Source: an uncultured Lachnospiraceae bacterium
GTDB taxonomy: Bacteria; Bacillota; Clostridia; Lachnospirales; Lachnospiraceae
NCBI GenBank assembly: GCA_945609985.1
Contig: CALYZQ010000002.1
Span: forward strand, 7,657-71,656
DNA length: 64,000 bases
Reading direction: 5' to 3'
Both the position numbers and the translations under genes were made by a program. Each line of letters starts with the position of its first letter. Within the stretch, counting starts at the first letter, position 1. The notes below the pieces were generated by a model. That model did not search any database, was not told the origin of the DNA, and saw only the letters and a program-made list of their open reading frames with translations. Shown in pieces: positions 1-11,369 of this stretch.

Positions 1-98
1 TGCAAAAAAGGGTCGATATATGCAGTTATACCCGCAATTATCACCAGTACTCCCAACCATATTCCCAACACCAATTTGTTCCATTTATCTGACTTCAT
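1..98 (-). CDS. Partial (5' end) membrane-anchored protein following MBOAT gene, probable SGNH/AlgJ-like partner
   Basis: ATG at 96-98 with GGAGAG RBS; reads MKSDKWNKLVLGIWLGVLVIIAGITAYIDPFL off the window edge; one TM then DPF, position after MBOAT. Confidence 0.6.
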   Translation of the reverse strand, partial: MKSDKWNKLVLGIWLGVLVIIAGITAYIDPFL

Positions 99-123
99 TT
101 TCTCTCCACTAATCTATCCATTC

Positions 124-1566
124 CTAAAAATTAAAGTACAAAAAGTTGGACAATCCGGACAACGATAACGTTGCCCAAACCAATAGCACAATACAGCCAA
201 GCCCGCTTAACAGTGTCGGCTTAAATACCTTTTGATGACAATTCTTAGGAAACAGGGCAATAATCAAGGCAATCCCACTTATCAAACACATATTAAGCCA
301 CGGGAACTTATTAACCGTCTGTTGTAACAACGTCACGTGCTCCTCTATATAAGTAAGCTCCAGTACATCAAAGCATTGAAGCATACCTGTGCTAAAGCCT
401 CCCGGCTTACCGTTCAGAATGTTCTTTAAAAGAATTACAAACTGTCCTATCGTTTCCGCCCGGAACAAGCCAAACAATACCGTAACAAAAACAAAGGTAT
501 ATAACCATCCTATACATTTCGGAATCTTTCTGCCTATTCCGCGAACCAGTCTTCCAAGTGCTAGTGCAATTCCATGTAAGCATCCCCATAATATAAACGT
601 CCAATTGGCACCGTGCCAAATACCGCTAAGAGTAAATACAATCATGGTATTAATGATCGTGCGCCATTTTCCTTTTCTATTGCCCCCAAGAGGAATGTAT
701 ACATAATTTCTAAAGAATCTGGTAAGAGACATATGCCATCTCTTCCAGAAATCGTTAATGGAGGTAGCTTTATAAGGCGAATTGAAGTTAATAGGCAGTG
801 TTATTCCAAACATCTTTGCAATACCGCACGCCATATCACAGTAGCCGCTAAAATCAAAATATAATTGCAAGGTATAAAACACAAACACTGCTATCGTTTC
901 CAATGCAGTCAATGCACCTGCATTTCCGTATCCCCAGTTCACACCCGCTCCCAGCGTATCCGCCAAAAGTACCTTTTTGCCAAAACCTATCGCAAACAAA
1001 TAGATTCCCTTTGCTAAATTGCTTGATTGAAGCCGCTTATTCTCCACATTTCTAAATTGCAGAATCATTTCTCCATGCATTACAATGGGACCTGCAACCA
1101 GCTGTGGGAAAAAAGTTACAAATAAAGCATAATCACATAGTGTATACTGCTTTGTCTCTCCCTTGTATGAATCCACCAGATAGGATATCTGCTGAAAGGT
1201 AATAAAGCTGATTCCCAATGGCATTAAAATATTGTGCAGATTAAAGCTTATATCAAACAGATTTCCAACATTTTCTAAAAAGAAATTATAATATTTAAAA
1301 TAAAAAATAATACCTATATTTACTGCAATCCCCAAAACTAAAAGTGACTTTCTTTTTTCCAAAAGCCTTGAAAACAGATAATTAATTCCGATACTTGACA
1401 ATATTATTAACAAATAACTCACTTGAAAATACGCATAAAACCAAAGGGACATTCCTATCAATGCCGCCTTTGCAAGCTCATACTTTTTTATTTTATTTAA
1501 TCCATAATACAGCAAAAGCGCCAAAGGCAAAAAAAGCAGAATAAATATGTATGAATTAAACAGCAT
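124..1566 (-). CDS. MBOAT family O-acyltransferase (AlgI/DltB-like)
   Basis: MLFNS start, PLGISF, FFPQLVAGPI, YFDFSGY, FWKRWHMSL, SGIWHGA motifs, ends LYFNF. Confidence 0.95.
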   Translation of the reverse strand: MLFNSYIFILLFLPLALLLYYGLNKIKKYELAKAALIGMSLWFYAYFQVSYLLIILSSIGINYLFSRLLEKRKSLLVLGIAVNIGIIFYFKYYNFFLENVGNLFDISFNLHNILMPLGISFITFQQISYLVDSYKGETKQYTLCDYALFVTFFPQLVAGPIVMHGEMILQFRNVENKRLQSSNLAKGIYLFAIGFGKKVLLADTLGAGVNWGYGNAGALTALETIAVFVFYTLQLYFDFSGYCDMACGIAKMFGITLPINFNSPYKATSINDFWKRWHMSLTRFFRNYVYIPLGGNRKGKWRTIINTMIVFTLSGIWHGANWTFILWGCLHGIALALGRLVRGIGRKIPKCIGWLYTFVFVTVLFGLFRAETIGQFVILLKNILNGKPGGFSTGMLQCFDVLELTYIEEHVTLLQQTVNKFPWLNMCLISGIALIIALFPKNCHQKVFKPTLLSGLGCIVLLVWATLSLSGLSNFLYFNF

Positions 1567-1639
1567 TCTCTTAAGCCCATCCTCTCAGCAGGTTTTTCAT
1601 ACTATTCCCTATCTTATCACAAATAATACCATAACAGCA

Positions 1640-1673
1640 AGAAAAACCCTTACTGATTAGTAAGGGTTTTTCT
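1640..1673 (-). terminator. Intrinsic terminator of EF-G paralogue gene
   Basis: Perfect IR agaaaaacccttact / agtaagggtttttct just after the stop. Confidence 0.8.
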
Positions 1674-1681
1674 CCTATCTC

Positions 1682-3775
1682 TTAATCCTCTACATTATTT
1701 TCCGCAACCTTTGCTGCTCTTGCTGCCACTTCCTTGTCCTGTACATCGGAGGGAGCCTGCTCATACCTTGCAAATTCATACATGTACTCGCCTCGTCCTC
1801 CTGTCATGGAGCGAAGGTCTGTACAGTAACCAAACAATCCACTCATAGGGATGTCAGCTTCAATCACCTGCTTGTCGCCCTGAATCGGGTTCATACCAAG
1901 TACTCGTCCTCTTCTCTTATTTAAATCACCCATAATATCGCCGGTGTAAGAATCGGGAACAGTTACCTTCAGGGACATAATGGGCTCAAGCAGTACGGGA
2001 TGTGCCTCCATAAAGCCCTTCTTGAAAGCTTGAATAGCTGCCGTCTTAAACGCCATTTCGGAGGAGTCTACGGGATGGTAAGAACCATCATACAACACAG
2101 CCTTTACACCCACAACAGGATATGCAGCCAAGGGGCCCTTCGCCACGGAATCCTGAATACCCTTTTCTACAGCGGGGAAAAAGTTCTTGGGAACTGCACC
2201 GCCTACTACTTCCTGTTCAAACTCATACTGTACTTCGGGGTCGGATGCAGGCATAAAACGCATCTTAACATGACCGTACTGACCGTGTCCACCGGACTGT
2301 TTCTTATACTTATACTCTACATCAGAGGTTTTCTTAATAGTTTCCTTGTAAGCAATCTTGGGAGTTGTCAGTTCCACTTCTACCTTGTACTCATTCAGCA
2401 GACGGCTTACAATGATTTCCAGATGTTGGTCACCCATTCCGTATAACAGAAGCTGTCTGTTCTCAGAATCATTGACAACCTTAACAGTCTGATCCTCATG
2501 AGTAATCTTCTGTAATGCCTGGGAAATCTTATCTACGTCAGCCTTATTCTTGGGCTTATAGCGCATGTATGTATAAGGTGTGGAAATTTCAAACTTACCA
2601 AACTTAATGGTAGTTGCCTTGGTAGATAAGCTGTTACCGGTTCTTGCAGCCGTAAGCTTAGCCAGTGCACCGATGTCGCCGGCATGCAACTCACTTACTT
2701 CAATAGGCTTATTGCCCTGCAGCACATAAATCTTGCCGATTTTCTCTTCTATATCTCTGTCCACATTGTATATTAAGTCATCGGTCTTAAGAACACCGGA
2801 GTTTACCTTAATCAGGGAGTATTTGCCAATGAACGGATCCACAATGGTCTTCCAGATATATGCTGATTTTGCCTTTGAGAAATCATAATCCGCATGATAC
2901 ATCTCACTAGTCTTCATATTGATACCCTTCACTTCACGGTTCTCAGGGCTGGGCATATACTTAACAATATCGTCAAGCAGAGTATAAACACCCTGACACA
3001 GCGTATTGGAACCCATGGTCATAGGGAAAATACTGCAATCGCATACATTGGTGCGAAGTGCCGCTCTTATTTCTGCCTCAGAGAAAGTCTCACCACCGAA
3101 ATACCGCTCCATCATCTCCTCGCTGGTTTCGGCTACCGCTTCCATCAATGTATCACGGCAGATCTGCAGATTCGCCTTATTGTATTCAGGGACCTCACAA
3201 GATACTACTTCCTTACCCTGCCAACGGTTACCGCTCTCGGTGATGACATTGACATAACCTACAAACTTCTCATCCTCACGAATAGGCAGATTGAAGGGTG
3301 CCATCTTCTTACCGAACAGATTGGTCATATCTTCTACAACCTGTCTGAAGGATGCATTGTCCACATCCATATTGGATACATATACGATTCTGGGAAGCTT
3401 ATACTTCTCACACAGATCCCATGCTTTGAGGGTACCCACTTCAATACCGGCTTTACCGTTTACCACGATAATGGCAGCACCGGCAGCACTGACTGCTTCC
3501 TCTACCTCACCTACAAAATCGAAATAACCGGGAGTATCTAAAATATTAATCTTTACTCCGTCCCACTCAATGGGGATTACAGAGGTATTAATGGAAAATT
3601 GTCTCTTTTGTTCTTCCTTGCTGTAATCACTTACGGTATTGCCGTCAGATACCTTACCCATTCGGGATGTAATTCCCGATAAATATGCCATAGCCTCCGC
3701 AAGACTTGTCTTGCCGCTTCCACCATGTCCTAACAGTACCACGTTGCGAATCTTGTCAGTTGTATAAACGTTCAT
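1682..3775 (-). CDS. fusA2: Elongation factor G paralogue (EF-G2/FusA2)
   Basis: GHGGSGKT, DTPG, KKQSGGHGQYG, GSYHPVDSSEMAF; not in a str operon; G4 motif reads SNMD. Confidence 0.9.
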   Translation of the reverse strand: MNVYTTDKIRNVVLLGHGGSGKTSLAEAMAYLSGITSRMGKVSDGNTVSDYSKEEQKRQFSINTSVIPIEWDGVKINILDTPGYFDFVGEVEEAVSAAGAAIIVVNGKAGIEVGTLKAWDLCEKYKLPRIVYVSNMDVDNASFRQVVEDMTNLFGKKMAPFNLPIREDEKFVGYVNVITESGNRWQGKEVVSCEVPEYNKANLQICRDTLMEAVAETSEEMMERYFGGETFSEAEIRAALRTNVCDCSIFPMTMGSNTLCQGVYTLLDDIVKYMPSPENREVKGINMKTSEMYHADYDFSKAKSAYIWKTIVDPFIGKYSLIKVNSGVLKTDDLIYNVDRDIEEKIGKIYVLQGNKPIEVSELHAGDIGALAKLTAARTGNSLSTKATTIKFGKFEISTPYTYMRYKPKNKADVDKISQALQKITHEDQTVKVVNDSENRQLLLYGMGDQHLEIIVSRLLNEYKVEVELTTPKIAYKETIKKTSDVEYKYKKQSGGHGQYGHVKMRFMPASDPEVQYEFEQEVVGGAVPKNFFPAVEKGIQDSVAKGPLAAYPVVGVKAVLYDGSYHPVDSSEMAFKTAAIQAFKKGFMEAHPVLLEPIMSLKVTVPDSYTGDIMGDLNKRRGRVLGMNPIQGDKQVIEADIPMSGLFGYCTDLRSMTGGRGEYMYEFARYEQAPSDVQDKEVAARAAKVAENNVED

Positions 3776-3948
3776 ATGCCTCTCCTCCGATTTCTTACTG
3801 TTTAGGATTCACTGAAATCCCATATGTATATTTTACTAAATATTCATCCAATTTACAAGTAATTGTTGTAATTATTTAGAAGTTTTTGCATGTATATTGT
3901 GTTTATTTAATATATAATTCATTGTATTTAGAATATTGTCGTAACCTA

Positions 3949-3977
3949 TTGACTTTCGCACTTTAAACTGTTATAGT
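3949..3977 (+). promoter_or_regulatory. Sigma-A-type promoter of tyrA
   Basis: TTGACT-N17-TATAGT upstream of AGGAG RBS. Confidence 0.65.
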
Positions 3978-4013
3978 GAAGAAATGTATTATATTAACCT
4001 TTAGGAGAAACCC

Positions 4014-5114
4014 ATGGAAAACCTTACCTTCGGCTTTATCGGCCTGGGCCTGATTGGCGGTTCCATTGCCAAGGCCATCAAAGAAAATATACCGGGAGCA
4101 GTCATTGTAGCTTATGACATTAATCCCGACACACTTAAGCTTGCCAAAGAGGATAAGACTGCAGATATGATTACATCAGTCATAGATTCAAGCTTTGCAG
4201 ACTGTGACTATATTTTCTTATGTGCTCCCGTTCAGAAAAATGATGAAAACTTAGTTTCTGTTAAAAATATCATGTCAGAGAAATGTTTGCTCACAGATGT
4301 GGGAAGTGTAAAATCCGATATTCATGCTACTGTCCGGGAAGCCGGTCTTGAAAGCTGTTTTATCGGTGGTCATCCCATGGCAGGAAGCGAGCGTGTCGGA
4401 TATGTAAACTCAAAAGCAATGCTTTTACAAAATGCTTATTATATTCTGACTCCTACTAATACTGTACCTCCAGAGAAATTAGATGCATACAAGGAGCTGG
4501 TATCTGCTATTGGCGCACTTCCGCTGATTCTTACCTATGAGCAGCATGATTATGTCACTGCAGCAGTCAGTCATCTGCCCCATGTGATTGCTGCTTCTTT
4601 GGTAAATCTGGTAAAGGACAGTGATTCTTCTGACGGGGTTATGAAAATGATTGCAGCCGGCGGTTTTAAGGACATTACCCGTATAGCATCCTCTTCTGCT
4701 ACCATGTGGCAGCAGATTTGTCTGACCAATACAGATAATATTAAAGCCTTATTATCTGACTATATTCAGTCATTGGAAAATATTAGAAATGATTTGGATA
4801 ACCAAAAGAAAGATGAGTTGTTTGAACTGTTTGACTCTGCACGGACTTACAGAGATTCCTTTATTGATGCCTCCAGCGGTCCAATCAAACGCTCTTACTC
4901 TATCACCATCGATATTGCGGATGAACCCGGTGCGCTGGCTGCGATTGCCACTATACTGGCTCTGAATCAAATCAGTATTAAGAATATCGGAATTTTACAT
5001 AACCGTGAATACGAAGGCGGTGTGCTTAGAATTGAGTTTTATGAGGAGCAGTCCATTGCTCGCGCCAAGGATATTCTGGGAAGCAAAGGGTACACCATAT
5101 ACGAGCGCAGTTAG
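4014..5114 (+). CDS. tyrA: Prephenate dehydrogenase with C-terminal ACT domain
   Basis: GLGLIGGS Rossmann motif, DVGSVK, GGHPMAG, SHLPH, GFKDITRIA; ACT DEPGALA. Confidence 0.93.
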   Translation: MENLTFGFIGLGLIGGSIAKAIKENIPGAVIVAYDINPDTLKLAKEDKTADMITSVIDSSFADCDYIFLCAPVQKNDENLVSVKNIMSEKCLLTDVGSVKSDIHATVREAGLESCFIGGHPMAGSERVGYVNSKAMLLQNAYYILTPTNTVPPEKLDAYKELVSAIGALPLILTYEQHDYVTAAVSHLPHVIAASLVNLVKDSDSSDGVMKMIAAGGFKDITRIASSSATMWQQICLTNTDNIKALLSDYIQSLENIRNDLDNQKKDELFELFDSARTYRDSFIDASSGPIKRSYSITIDIADEPGALAAIATILALNQISIKNIGILHNREYEGGVLRIEFYEEQSIARAKDILGSKGYTIYERS

Positions 5115-5204
5115 ATATTGGCACCCTTCCTATTACATAGAGGGGTTGAAAGGCGGGAAAGGCTACCACGCCCTTCCCGCAACATACAAAGACGCAGCGG
5201 ATAT

Positions 5205-5702
5205 CTACCCTCTGCGTCTTATTTTACGATATGTTTTCTCAGCGAATACACATAGAAGTACCCCGAATGCGCCTCCGCAGGTATCTAACAGTACATCTGC
5301 AGGGCTTCCCCATCTGCCGGGTACAAATAGTTGGTGAATTTCATCTGCCGCAGCAGATACAAACACCCAAATAAGAACTAAAAGAAATAGTCTTCTGCTG
5401 CGTTCCATCCATGGTCTCCAAACGCTATATACCAGCACACCCATACAGGCATATTCTGCGAAATGCGCCATCTTACGGATTGGATGCTCAAAATAATCTG
5501 CAAGTCCCTGCATAAAATTCTGAGTCCACTGTCCTCCGGATAGGGAATTCAAAAATGCTACACATTTTTCCGAAATCATATGGCTTAAGCTTCCGGACTG
5601 TTCACCATCCTGTGCCGAAAATGAAAATATGATAGAATATAAAAATATAAGAAGTAAGGCAGCCACTATACTGACTGCCGTTTTCTTTGTTTTACTTGTC
5701 AT
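5205..5702 (-). CDS. VanZ family membrane protein
   Basis: FSFSAQ, RKMAHFAEY, DEIHQLFVPGR, DVLLD; start placed at MTSK overlapping the PilZ stop. Confidence 0.88.
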   Translation of the reverse strand: MTSKTKKTAVSIVAALLLIFLYSIIFSFSAQDGEQSGSLSHMISEKCVAFLNSLSGGQWTQNFMQGLADYFEHPIRKMAHFAEYACMGVLVYSVWRPWMERSRRLFLLVLIWVFVSAAADEIHQLFVPGRWGSPADVLLDTCGGAFGVLLCVFAEKTYRKIRRRG

Positions 5703-6024
5703 TGATTGTCTGATATACTCCAATTCTGCTTGCATCCAGTTCGGGAAGCCCTACAAAAGAAGCTCCATAAAGATAACTTTCCATACCCTCCTGCATCTCA
5801 ATACGTACAATCTGCAAAAATGCATGAATAACTTCCTTGGTCCATATTGTCAGGAAAGACTCGTATACTTCTCCGATTTCAAGCTTTTCCTTGCATACAA
5901 ATCCAAGTCCGCTTCTGGACAAATCACTTACTTCTATCTCAACTTCTTTACTGTTTCCAACCATTTTTTTTATGATGACATTGGTAGGCAGCTCTGTTCT
6001 TTTGTCTTTTCTTCTTTCTTCCAT
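5692..6024 (-). CDS. Single-domain PilZ protein (c-di-GMP binding)
   Basis: ERRKDKR (RxxxR) and DLSRSG (DxSxxG); start at MEERR with GAGGG RBS. Confidence 0.85.
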   Translation of the reverse strand: MEERRKDKRTELPTNVIIKKMVGNSKEVEIEVSDLSRSGLGFVCKEKLEIGEVYESFLTIWTKEVIHAFLQIVRIEMQEGMESYLYGASFVGLPELDASRIGVYQTINDK

Positions 6025-6120
6025 TGTATACACCCTCTTTCTTTTATTTTCCCAATACACACAATACCAAACGTATCATGCTTAGTATAGCACCGAAACA
6101 CCTTTACTGCAAGTACACAA

Positions 6121-8190
6121 TTATCCTTCTATCAGTGTTATTTCTGTCATATTATGTACTACTTCCTTTACTACCAATGCCAAAAACGGTTTCGTAATAT
6201 AGTCATTGCATCCGTATGAGGCAAAATCGGCTAAAAGTGTAAGACTTCTGTCACTGGTCATAAAAACAACCGGCGTCTTATACTTTTCTCTTATATACTC
6301 AAGTGTTTCAATACCATTCATATCCGGCATTTTAATATCCAGAACAATCAAATCCACTGATTCTTTTTTAAGTATTTCAAGAGCCTCACGACCACCACTT
6401 GCAGATATTACTTCATAGATTGGTTCATCCGCCATAATTTCCTTAAATATTTCGTGATTTTCTTCATCATCATCCACTATCAAGATTCGTTTACTGCTTT
6501 CAGATAATTCTCTTAATTTATATTCCTTATCCTCATCAATCATCTGCAACATAATGTCTGCAATTTCCGGATCAAATTGTGTGCCTTTTCCCTTTTCAAT
6601 TTCACTTCGTACTTTTTCCTGTGGAAGTGCATTTCGATAACTTCTGTTGCTCGCCATTGCATCATAAGAATCAGCTACACCCAAAATTCTGGCAACCTCC
6701 GGAATCATTTCACCCGCAATACCATTGGGATAACCCTTACCGTCATATCTTTCGTGATGATACTTCGCCGCCACAGCATTCTCATTAGAAATACTGTTTA
6801 ATATGTGGAAACCTGCAATCGGATGAACCTTAATCATTTCAAATTCTTCATCTGTCAGTTTGCCCGGTTTATTAATAATATCATCCGGAATCCTGATTTT
6901 TCCAACGTCATGCATCAATCCCGCATGATAAATAGCATCCTGCTCTTCTTTACTCTTACCCATTCTGGCAGCAATCATTCCTGCGTATTTTGCAACACGT
7001 TTGGAATGTCCGCTGGTATATCTGTCCTTCGCATCCACAGAATCACTGATTGCTATAATCGTCTGCAAATAGAGTTCCCGCATCTTTTCCTGTTGTTCGC
7101 GGATTTCTCTCGTCTGTTCCTTTACTTTTTCTTCCAACTCTGCCTGAAAATGTTGTAATTCATTATTATGCTCGGTAAGCAGATTCAGATACTTCCAATT
7201 ATCCGTATCTTCCTTAAGCTCAATAATATAACCACTGGGTTTTTTCCGATATCGAATTCTTTCTATTTTACCTTCATAATGCTCCTCACCTATCTGCACA
7301 TTAAAGGTATCCTTTTTCGTGTTCATATAATGATTCATGTTTTCGAAAATCACATGTAATCCTTGAAATTCCTTTAGGGGACGGTCAACCACACACTCTT
7401 TAATGTCCGGAAACACCTTAGTCACAAAATCATTGCACCCCAGATAATTCCACTGATTATCAAACATAATATATCCGGAGTTCTCATGTTTCGCGAGAGA
7501 ACCTGCAATATTATCATCAATGGAATACATCATACCTCTTCTAAACAAATACAGTAAAATAACACTGTCCAACGCATAAACCAGCGCCATAATCTCGAAA
7601 TCCGAACGGATATACCTTACAACAACAAATAAAACTACATTGGTTAAGCTTAAAAGAAGCAGGGCATACAAATTCTTTCTGGAAACAGCATGCTTTTTCC
7701 AGAGACTATATAATAAAATCATTCCTTCCAATGCCAATGAACCGTATAGTATTACATAGAACAGTACATGAAAGCTTCCGTAATCGTATGCCAAAACAGA
7801 AACACCATCAATTTTTCTTAAAGAAATATCCTTATAATACCAATCGGTAAATCCGATTGACAATACCATTGCATATACAAAAAAACAGATGGAGTATATT
7901 ACTCTTCTTACCCACATGGAAACCTTATAGTTACAGATTTCACAGACAAGAAACAACAGTACTGCCGGCAGAAAGCAGGCGCCAAAGTAACATACTTTTT
8001 TAGCCAAAATAGCTTCACTCAGGGTTTCAGAAAGTGCTATAGCCAAAAAACCACTATTTGTTATGGTAAGAAGTAAAAATAAAACTATTAGCAAATAGTT
8101 AACCTTATTTAATTCAAAATGAAATATCAAAAAGATAAGGCATAATAACGTCACTAATGCTGTTATCAAATAATAGTATATCATAAACAT
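6121..8190 (-). CDS. 7TM sensor - HD-GYP phosphodiesterase - receiver domain protein
   Basis: N-terminal multi-TM region; HDVGK, HHERYDGKGYP; C-terminal ILIVDD..DIKMPDMNG..KP. Confidence 0.9.
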   Translation of the reverse strand: MFMIYYYLITALVTLLCLIFLIFHFELNKVNYLLIVLFLLLTITNSGFLAIALSETLSEAILAKKVCYFGACFLPAVLLFLVCEICNYKVSMWVRRVIYSICFFVYAMVLSIGFTDWYYKDISLRKIDGVSVLAYDYGSFHVLFYVILYGSLALEGMILLYSLWKKHAVSRKNLYALLLLSLTNVVLFVVVRYIRSDFEIMALVYALDSVILLYLFRRGMMYSIDDNIAGSLAKHENSGYIMFDNQWNYLGCNDFVTKVFPDIKECVVDRPLKEFQGLHVIFENMNHYMNTKKDTFNVQIGEEHYEGKIERIRYRKKPSGYIIELKEDTDNWKYLNLLTEHNNELQHFQAELEEKVKEQTREIREQQEKMRELYLQTIIAISDSVDAKDRYTSGHSKRVAKYAGMIAARMGKSKEEQDAIYHAGLMHDVGKIRIPDDIINKPGKLTDEEFEMIKVHPIAGFHILNSISNENAVAAKYHHERYDGKGYPNGIAGEMIPEVARILGVADSYDAMASNRSYRNALPQEKVRSEIEKGKGTQFDPEIADIMLQMIDEDKEYKLRELSESSKRILIVDDDEENHEIFKEIMADEPIYEVISASGGREALEILKKESVDLIVLDIKMPDMNGIETLEYIREKYKTPVVFMTSDRSLTLLADFASYGCNDYITKPFLALVVKEVVHNMTEITLIEG

Positions 8191-8196
8191 TTCCTC

Positions 8197-9258
8197 TTAA
8201 TGAATAAACATGGCATCTCCAAAACTGAAAAACCGATATTTCTCACAGATTGCTTCCTCATAAGCTGCAAGTACCCTTTCTCTGCCCGCTAATGCTGACA
8301 CCAACATAACCAATGTTGATTCCGGCAGATGGAAGTTCGTAATCAAGGCATCCAATATCTTGAATTTATAACCGGGATAGATAAATATCTCGGTATTGTC
8401 ACAGCCTGCTTGGATAATGCCATTTTCATCGGCAGCACTCTCCACGGTACGGCAGCTTGTAGTTCCTACGCAGATAATACGCCCACCATTTTGCTTTGTA
8501 CGGTTAATCTTTTCTGCCGCCTCTTCCGATACCTGATAATACTCTGAATGCATATGGTGATTTAAGAGATTCTCCTCCTTCACCGGTCGAAAGGTACCAA
8601 GACCTACATGAAGTGTCACATAGGCTATCTCAATCCCTTTTTCTTCAATCTTTTTCAGCAATTCCTTGGTAAAATGCAGTCCTGCTGTAGGTGCTGCCGC
8701 AGAACCCTCATATTTTGCATACACCGTCTGATAACGGTTTTTATCCTGTAATTTATGGGTAATATAAGGAGGTAATGGCATCTCTCCCAGCTTATCCAAC
8801 ACCTCTTCAAAAATGCCATCGTACTCAAAATGAATCAGACGGTTGCCCTCTTCCACTGTTTCTAATACTTCCGCTTTCAAAAGTCCGTCTCCAAAGACAA
8901 GCCTGGTACCGGGCTTGCACTTTTTTCCGGGTTTTACAAGAGTCTCCCATACATCGCCCTCGCGTCTTTTTAAAAGAAGTACCTCCACATGGGCGCCGGT
9001 TCCTTCCCTTTCGCCTAACAGGCGGGCAGGAATTACCTTGGTGTTATTTAACACCAGGCAGTCTCCTGGCTTCAAATACTCTATAATCTCTTTAAAAACA
9101 TGATGTTCCACGGCACCACTATGCTTATCAAGAGTGAGAAGCCTTGAGGAGGAACGGTCCTCCAAAGGGTCCTGGGCTATCAGTTCCTCAGGCAAATCGA
9201 AATAAAAGTCTGATTTGAGTAATTGGTTTGCTATATTGTTTTCCGTTATTGTATCCAT
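8197..9258 (-). CDS. queA: S-adenosylmethionine:tRNA ribosyltransferase-isomerase
   Basis: [45 protein letters not shown]; start uncertain. Confidence 0.96.
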   Translation of the reverse strand: MDTITENNIANQLLKSDFYFDLPEELIAQDPLEDRSSSRLLTLDKHSGAVEHHVFKEIIEYLKPGDCLVLNNTKVIPARLLGEREGTGAHVEVLLLKRREGDVWETLVKPGKKCKPGTRLVFGDGLLKAEVLETVEEGNRLIHFEYDGIFEEVLDKLGEMPLPPYITHKLQDKNRYQTVYAKYEGSAAAPTAGLHFTKELLKKIEEKGIEIAYVTLHVGLGTFRPVKEENLLNHHMHSEYYQVSEEAAEKINRTKQNGGRIICVGTTSCRTVESAADENGIIQAGCDNTEIFIYPGYKFKILDALITNFHLPESTLVMLVSALAGRERVLAAYEEAICEKYRFFSFGDAMFIH

Positions 9259-9351
9259 ATGATTATCTTCCATTATACTTTCTATCATCTTTTGCTGTTC
9301 GTCCGAAGCAAATCAAGGTCTACCATCTATCTGCTTCATCATGACAGGCAT

Positions 9352-10788
9352 TTACAGAGACGCGCACTCCACAAACGCTTTATAGCCTCTGTATGCTTCA
9401 TATACATCTGCTTTGCTGGTTGCCTCCCAGGGTGCATGCATATTAAGCACTGCCACACCACTGTCAATTACATTCATACCGTAAAGAGCAAGAATATATG
9501 CAATGGTTCCGCCACCGCCCAAATCTACCTTGCCGAGTTCTGCAGTCTGGAACTGTATCTTCTTCTCCTCAAAAATCTTGCGCAGATGTGCAAGATACTC
9601 TGCATTGGCATCATTGGAACCGGATTTTCCTCTTGCTCCGGTGAATTTATTAAGCACCATACCGCCACCCATATAAGCCACATTCTTTTTGTCAAAGCTT
9701 CCTGCGTAGCCGGGATCAAAGGCACTACTCACATCTGATGACAGCATACAACAACGTGAAAGGCATCTTCTGACATTCAATTCACTGTATTCACCACATA
9801 AGTTCATCACCTCAGCCACCATGTTTTCAAAGAAGCGGGACTGCATACCGGTAGCCCCCACAGAACCGATTTCCTCTTTATCTACCAAAATACAGCACTT
9901 GGTGCGCTCCGTCTTATCAGTATCAAGCATGGCCTTCAGAGAGGTAAATGCACACACTCTATCATCCTGACCATACGCCAGAATCATACTGCGGTCAAAG
10001 CCTGCTTCTCTGGCGCATCCTGCCGGAACCACCTCTAACTCTGCAGAGATAAAGTCCTCCTCTTCCATGTCATACTGCTTCTTCAAAATCTCAAGAATGC
10101 CTGCTTTAACAGCATCTTTTGCAGGGCTCTTTTCTTCTTTATCCTTCTTATCAGACTTTTTCTTATCAATAAGAAGGGGCTTATTACCCACGATAATATC
10201 CAATGCTTCTCCTTCAATTACCTTTGCAGCCTTCTTCTCCAGCTGCTCCTGAGAAAGATGAATCAATAAATCCGATACGAAGAACACAGGATCATCTTCA
10301 TTTTCACCCACATTAATTTCAATAGTAGTACCGTCCTTCTTCACTACTACTCCATGAAGGGCAAGAGGCAGGGTTACCCACTGATACTTTTTCACACCAC
10401 CATAATAATGAGTATCCAAATAGGCAAAACCGCCCTCCTCATAGAGAGGATTCTGCTTAATATCCATGCGGGGACTGTCAATATGAGCACCCAGAATATT
10501 CATGCCCTCCGTCATGGGCTTCTCACCAATCTGGAACATCACAATGGATTTATTCATCCATACACTGTAAACCTTGTCTCCGGGCTGCAATGTTGCTCCC
10601 TGCTTTATCAGACTTTCCAGCTCTCTGTAGCCTTCTGCTTCCACGGTATTTACAATATAATCAATGCATTCACGCTCCGTTTTTCCCTTGTCCAAAAAGG
10701 TTCTGTATTCCTGATTTAATTTTTCTAAATCCTTTAACTGCTTTGAGCTATAGGTTTCCCATACATTTTTCTTTTCCATAATCTGCAT
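9352..10788 (-). CDS. apeA: M18 family aminopeptidase
   Basis: GAHIDSP, GQDDRVC, DKEEIGS, SSDV, GGGTI, NMHAP. Confidence 0.9.
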   Translation of the reverse strand: MQIMEKKNVWETYSSKQLKDLEKLNQEYRTFLDKGKTERECIDYIVNTVEAEGYRELESLIKQGATLQPGDKVYSVWMNKSIVMFQIGEKPMTEGMNILGAHIDSPRMDIKQNPLYEEGGFAYLDTHYYGGVKKYQWVTLPLALHGVVVKKDGTTIEINVGENEDDPVFFVSDLLIHLSQEQLEKKAAKVIEGEALDIIVGNKPLLIDKKKSDKKDKEEKSPAKDAVKAGILEILKKQYDMEEEDFISAELEVVPAGCAREAGFDRSMILAYGQDDRVCAFTSLKAMLDTDKTERTKCCILVDKEEIGSVGATGMQSRFFENMVAEVMNLCGEYSELNVRRCLSRCCMLSSDVSSAFDPGYAGSFDKKNVAYMGGGMVLNKFTGARGKSGSNDANAEYLAHLRKIFEEKKIQFQTAELGKVDLGGGGTIAYILALYGMNVIDSGVAVLNMHAPWEATSKADVYEAYRGYKAFVECASL

Positions 10789-10949
10789 TCCCTTCTGCTT
10801 CGTTTTAATACGTTAATGCAAGTCTGTTAAATCACTATTTATTATACACAAAATATGGTACAATTTACAACCTTTCCTGTCAAAAAATAGTCCGTATGCA
10901 TAGTATGTGGTATAACTATCTCCTTACAATACGGCTATTTATATATCTG

Positions 10950-11369
10950 TTATGCCTTTACTTCGGTTTTCCTGATAGTGAAGAAAAGCAAAAGCAATTC
11001 TGCAATCAAGGAAATCGTAATCAATGCACCCACAACGGAAAAATAATCTAAACCATAGAGCAAAGGGCACAACGACAAAACAACGGCCGCACTAAGTACA
11101 CCTTTTGTAATCTTTACTACACTATACTTACCTGTAAAACAGTAAATTACCAAAAATAGAAATACGAAACAGGTAACGATTGCCGTAAGGAGCGGTGCAA
11201 AATTTGCATATCCAAAAGGTAATAAATCAAAGTATGAATATAGCTCTCTCACTCGCCCTACTGTCCCATCGGTTTCAAAGTGAGCAAAATTACATACAGC
11301 ACCATAAGGCAGAATTTCTAAAATCAATGTAATAATCGGAAGTATCAAATACAATGATCTTTTTTTCAT
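10950..11369 (-). CDS. Hypothetical 4-TM membrane protein
   Basis: Hydrophobic ORF; MKKRSLYL start with AAAGGAG RBS. Confidence 0.7.
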   Translation of the reverse strand: MKKRSLYLILPIITLILEILPYGAVCNFAHFETDGTVGRVRELYSYFDLLPFGYANFAPLLTAIVTCFVFLFLVIYCFTGKYSVVKITKGVLSAAVVLSLCPLLYGLDYFSVVGALITISLIAELLLLFFTIRKTEVKA

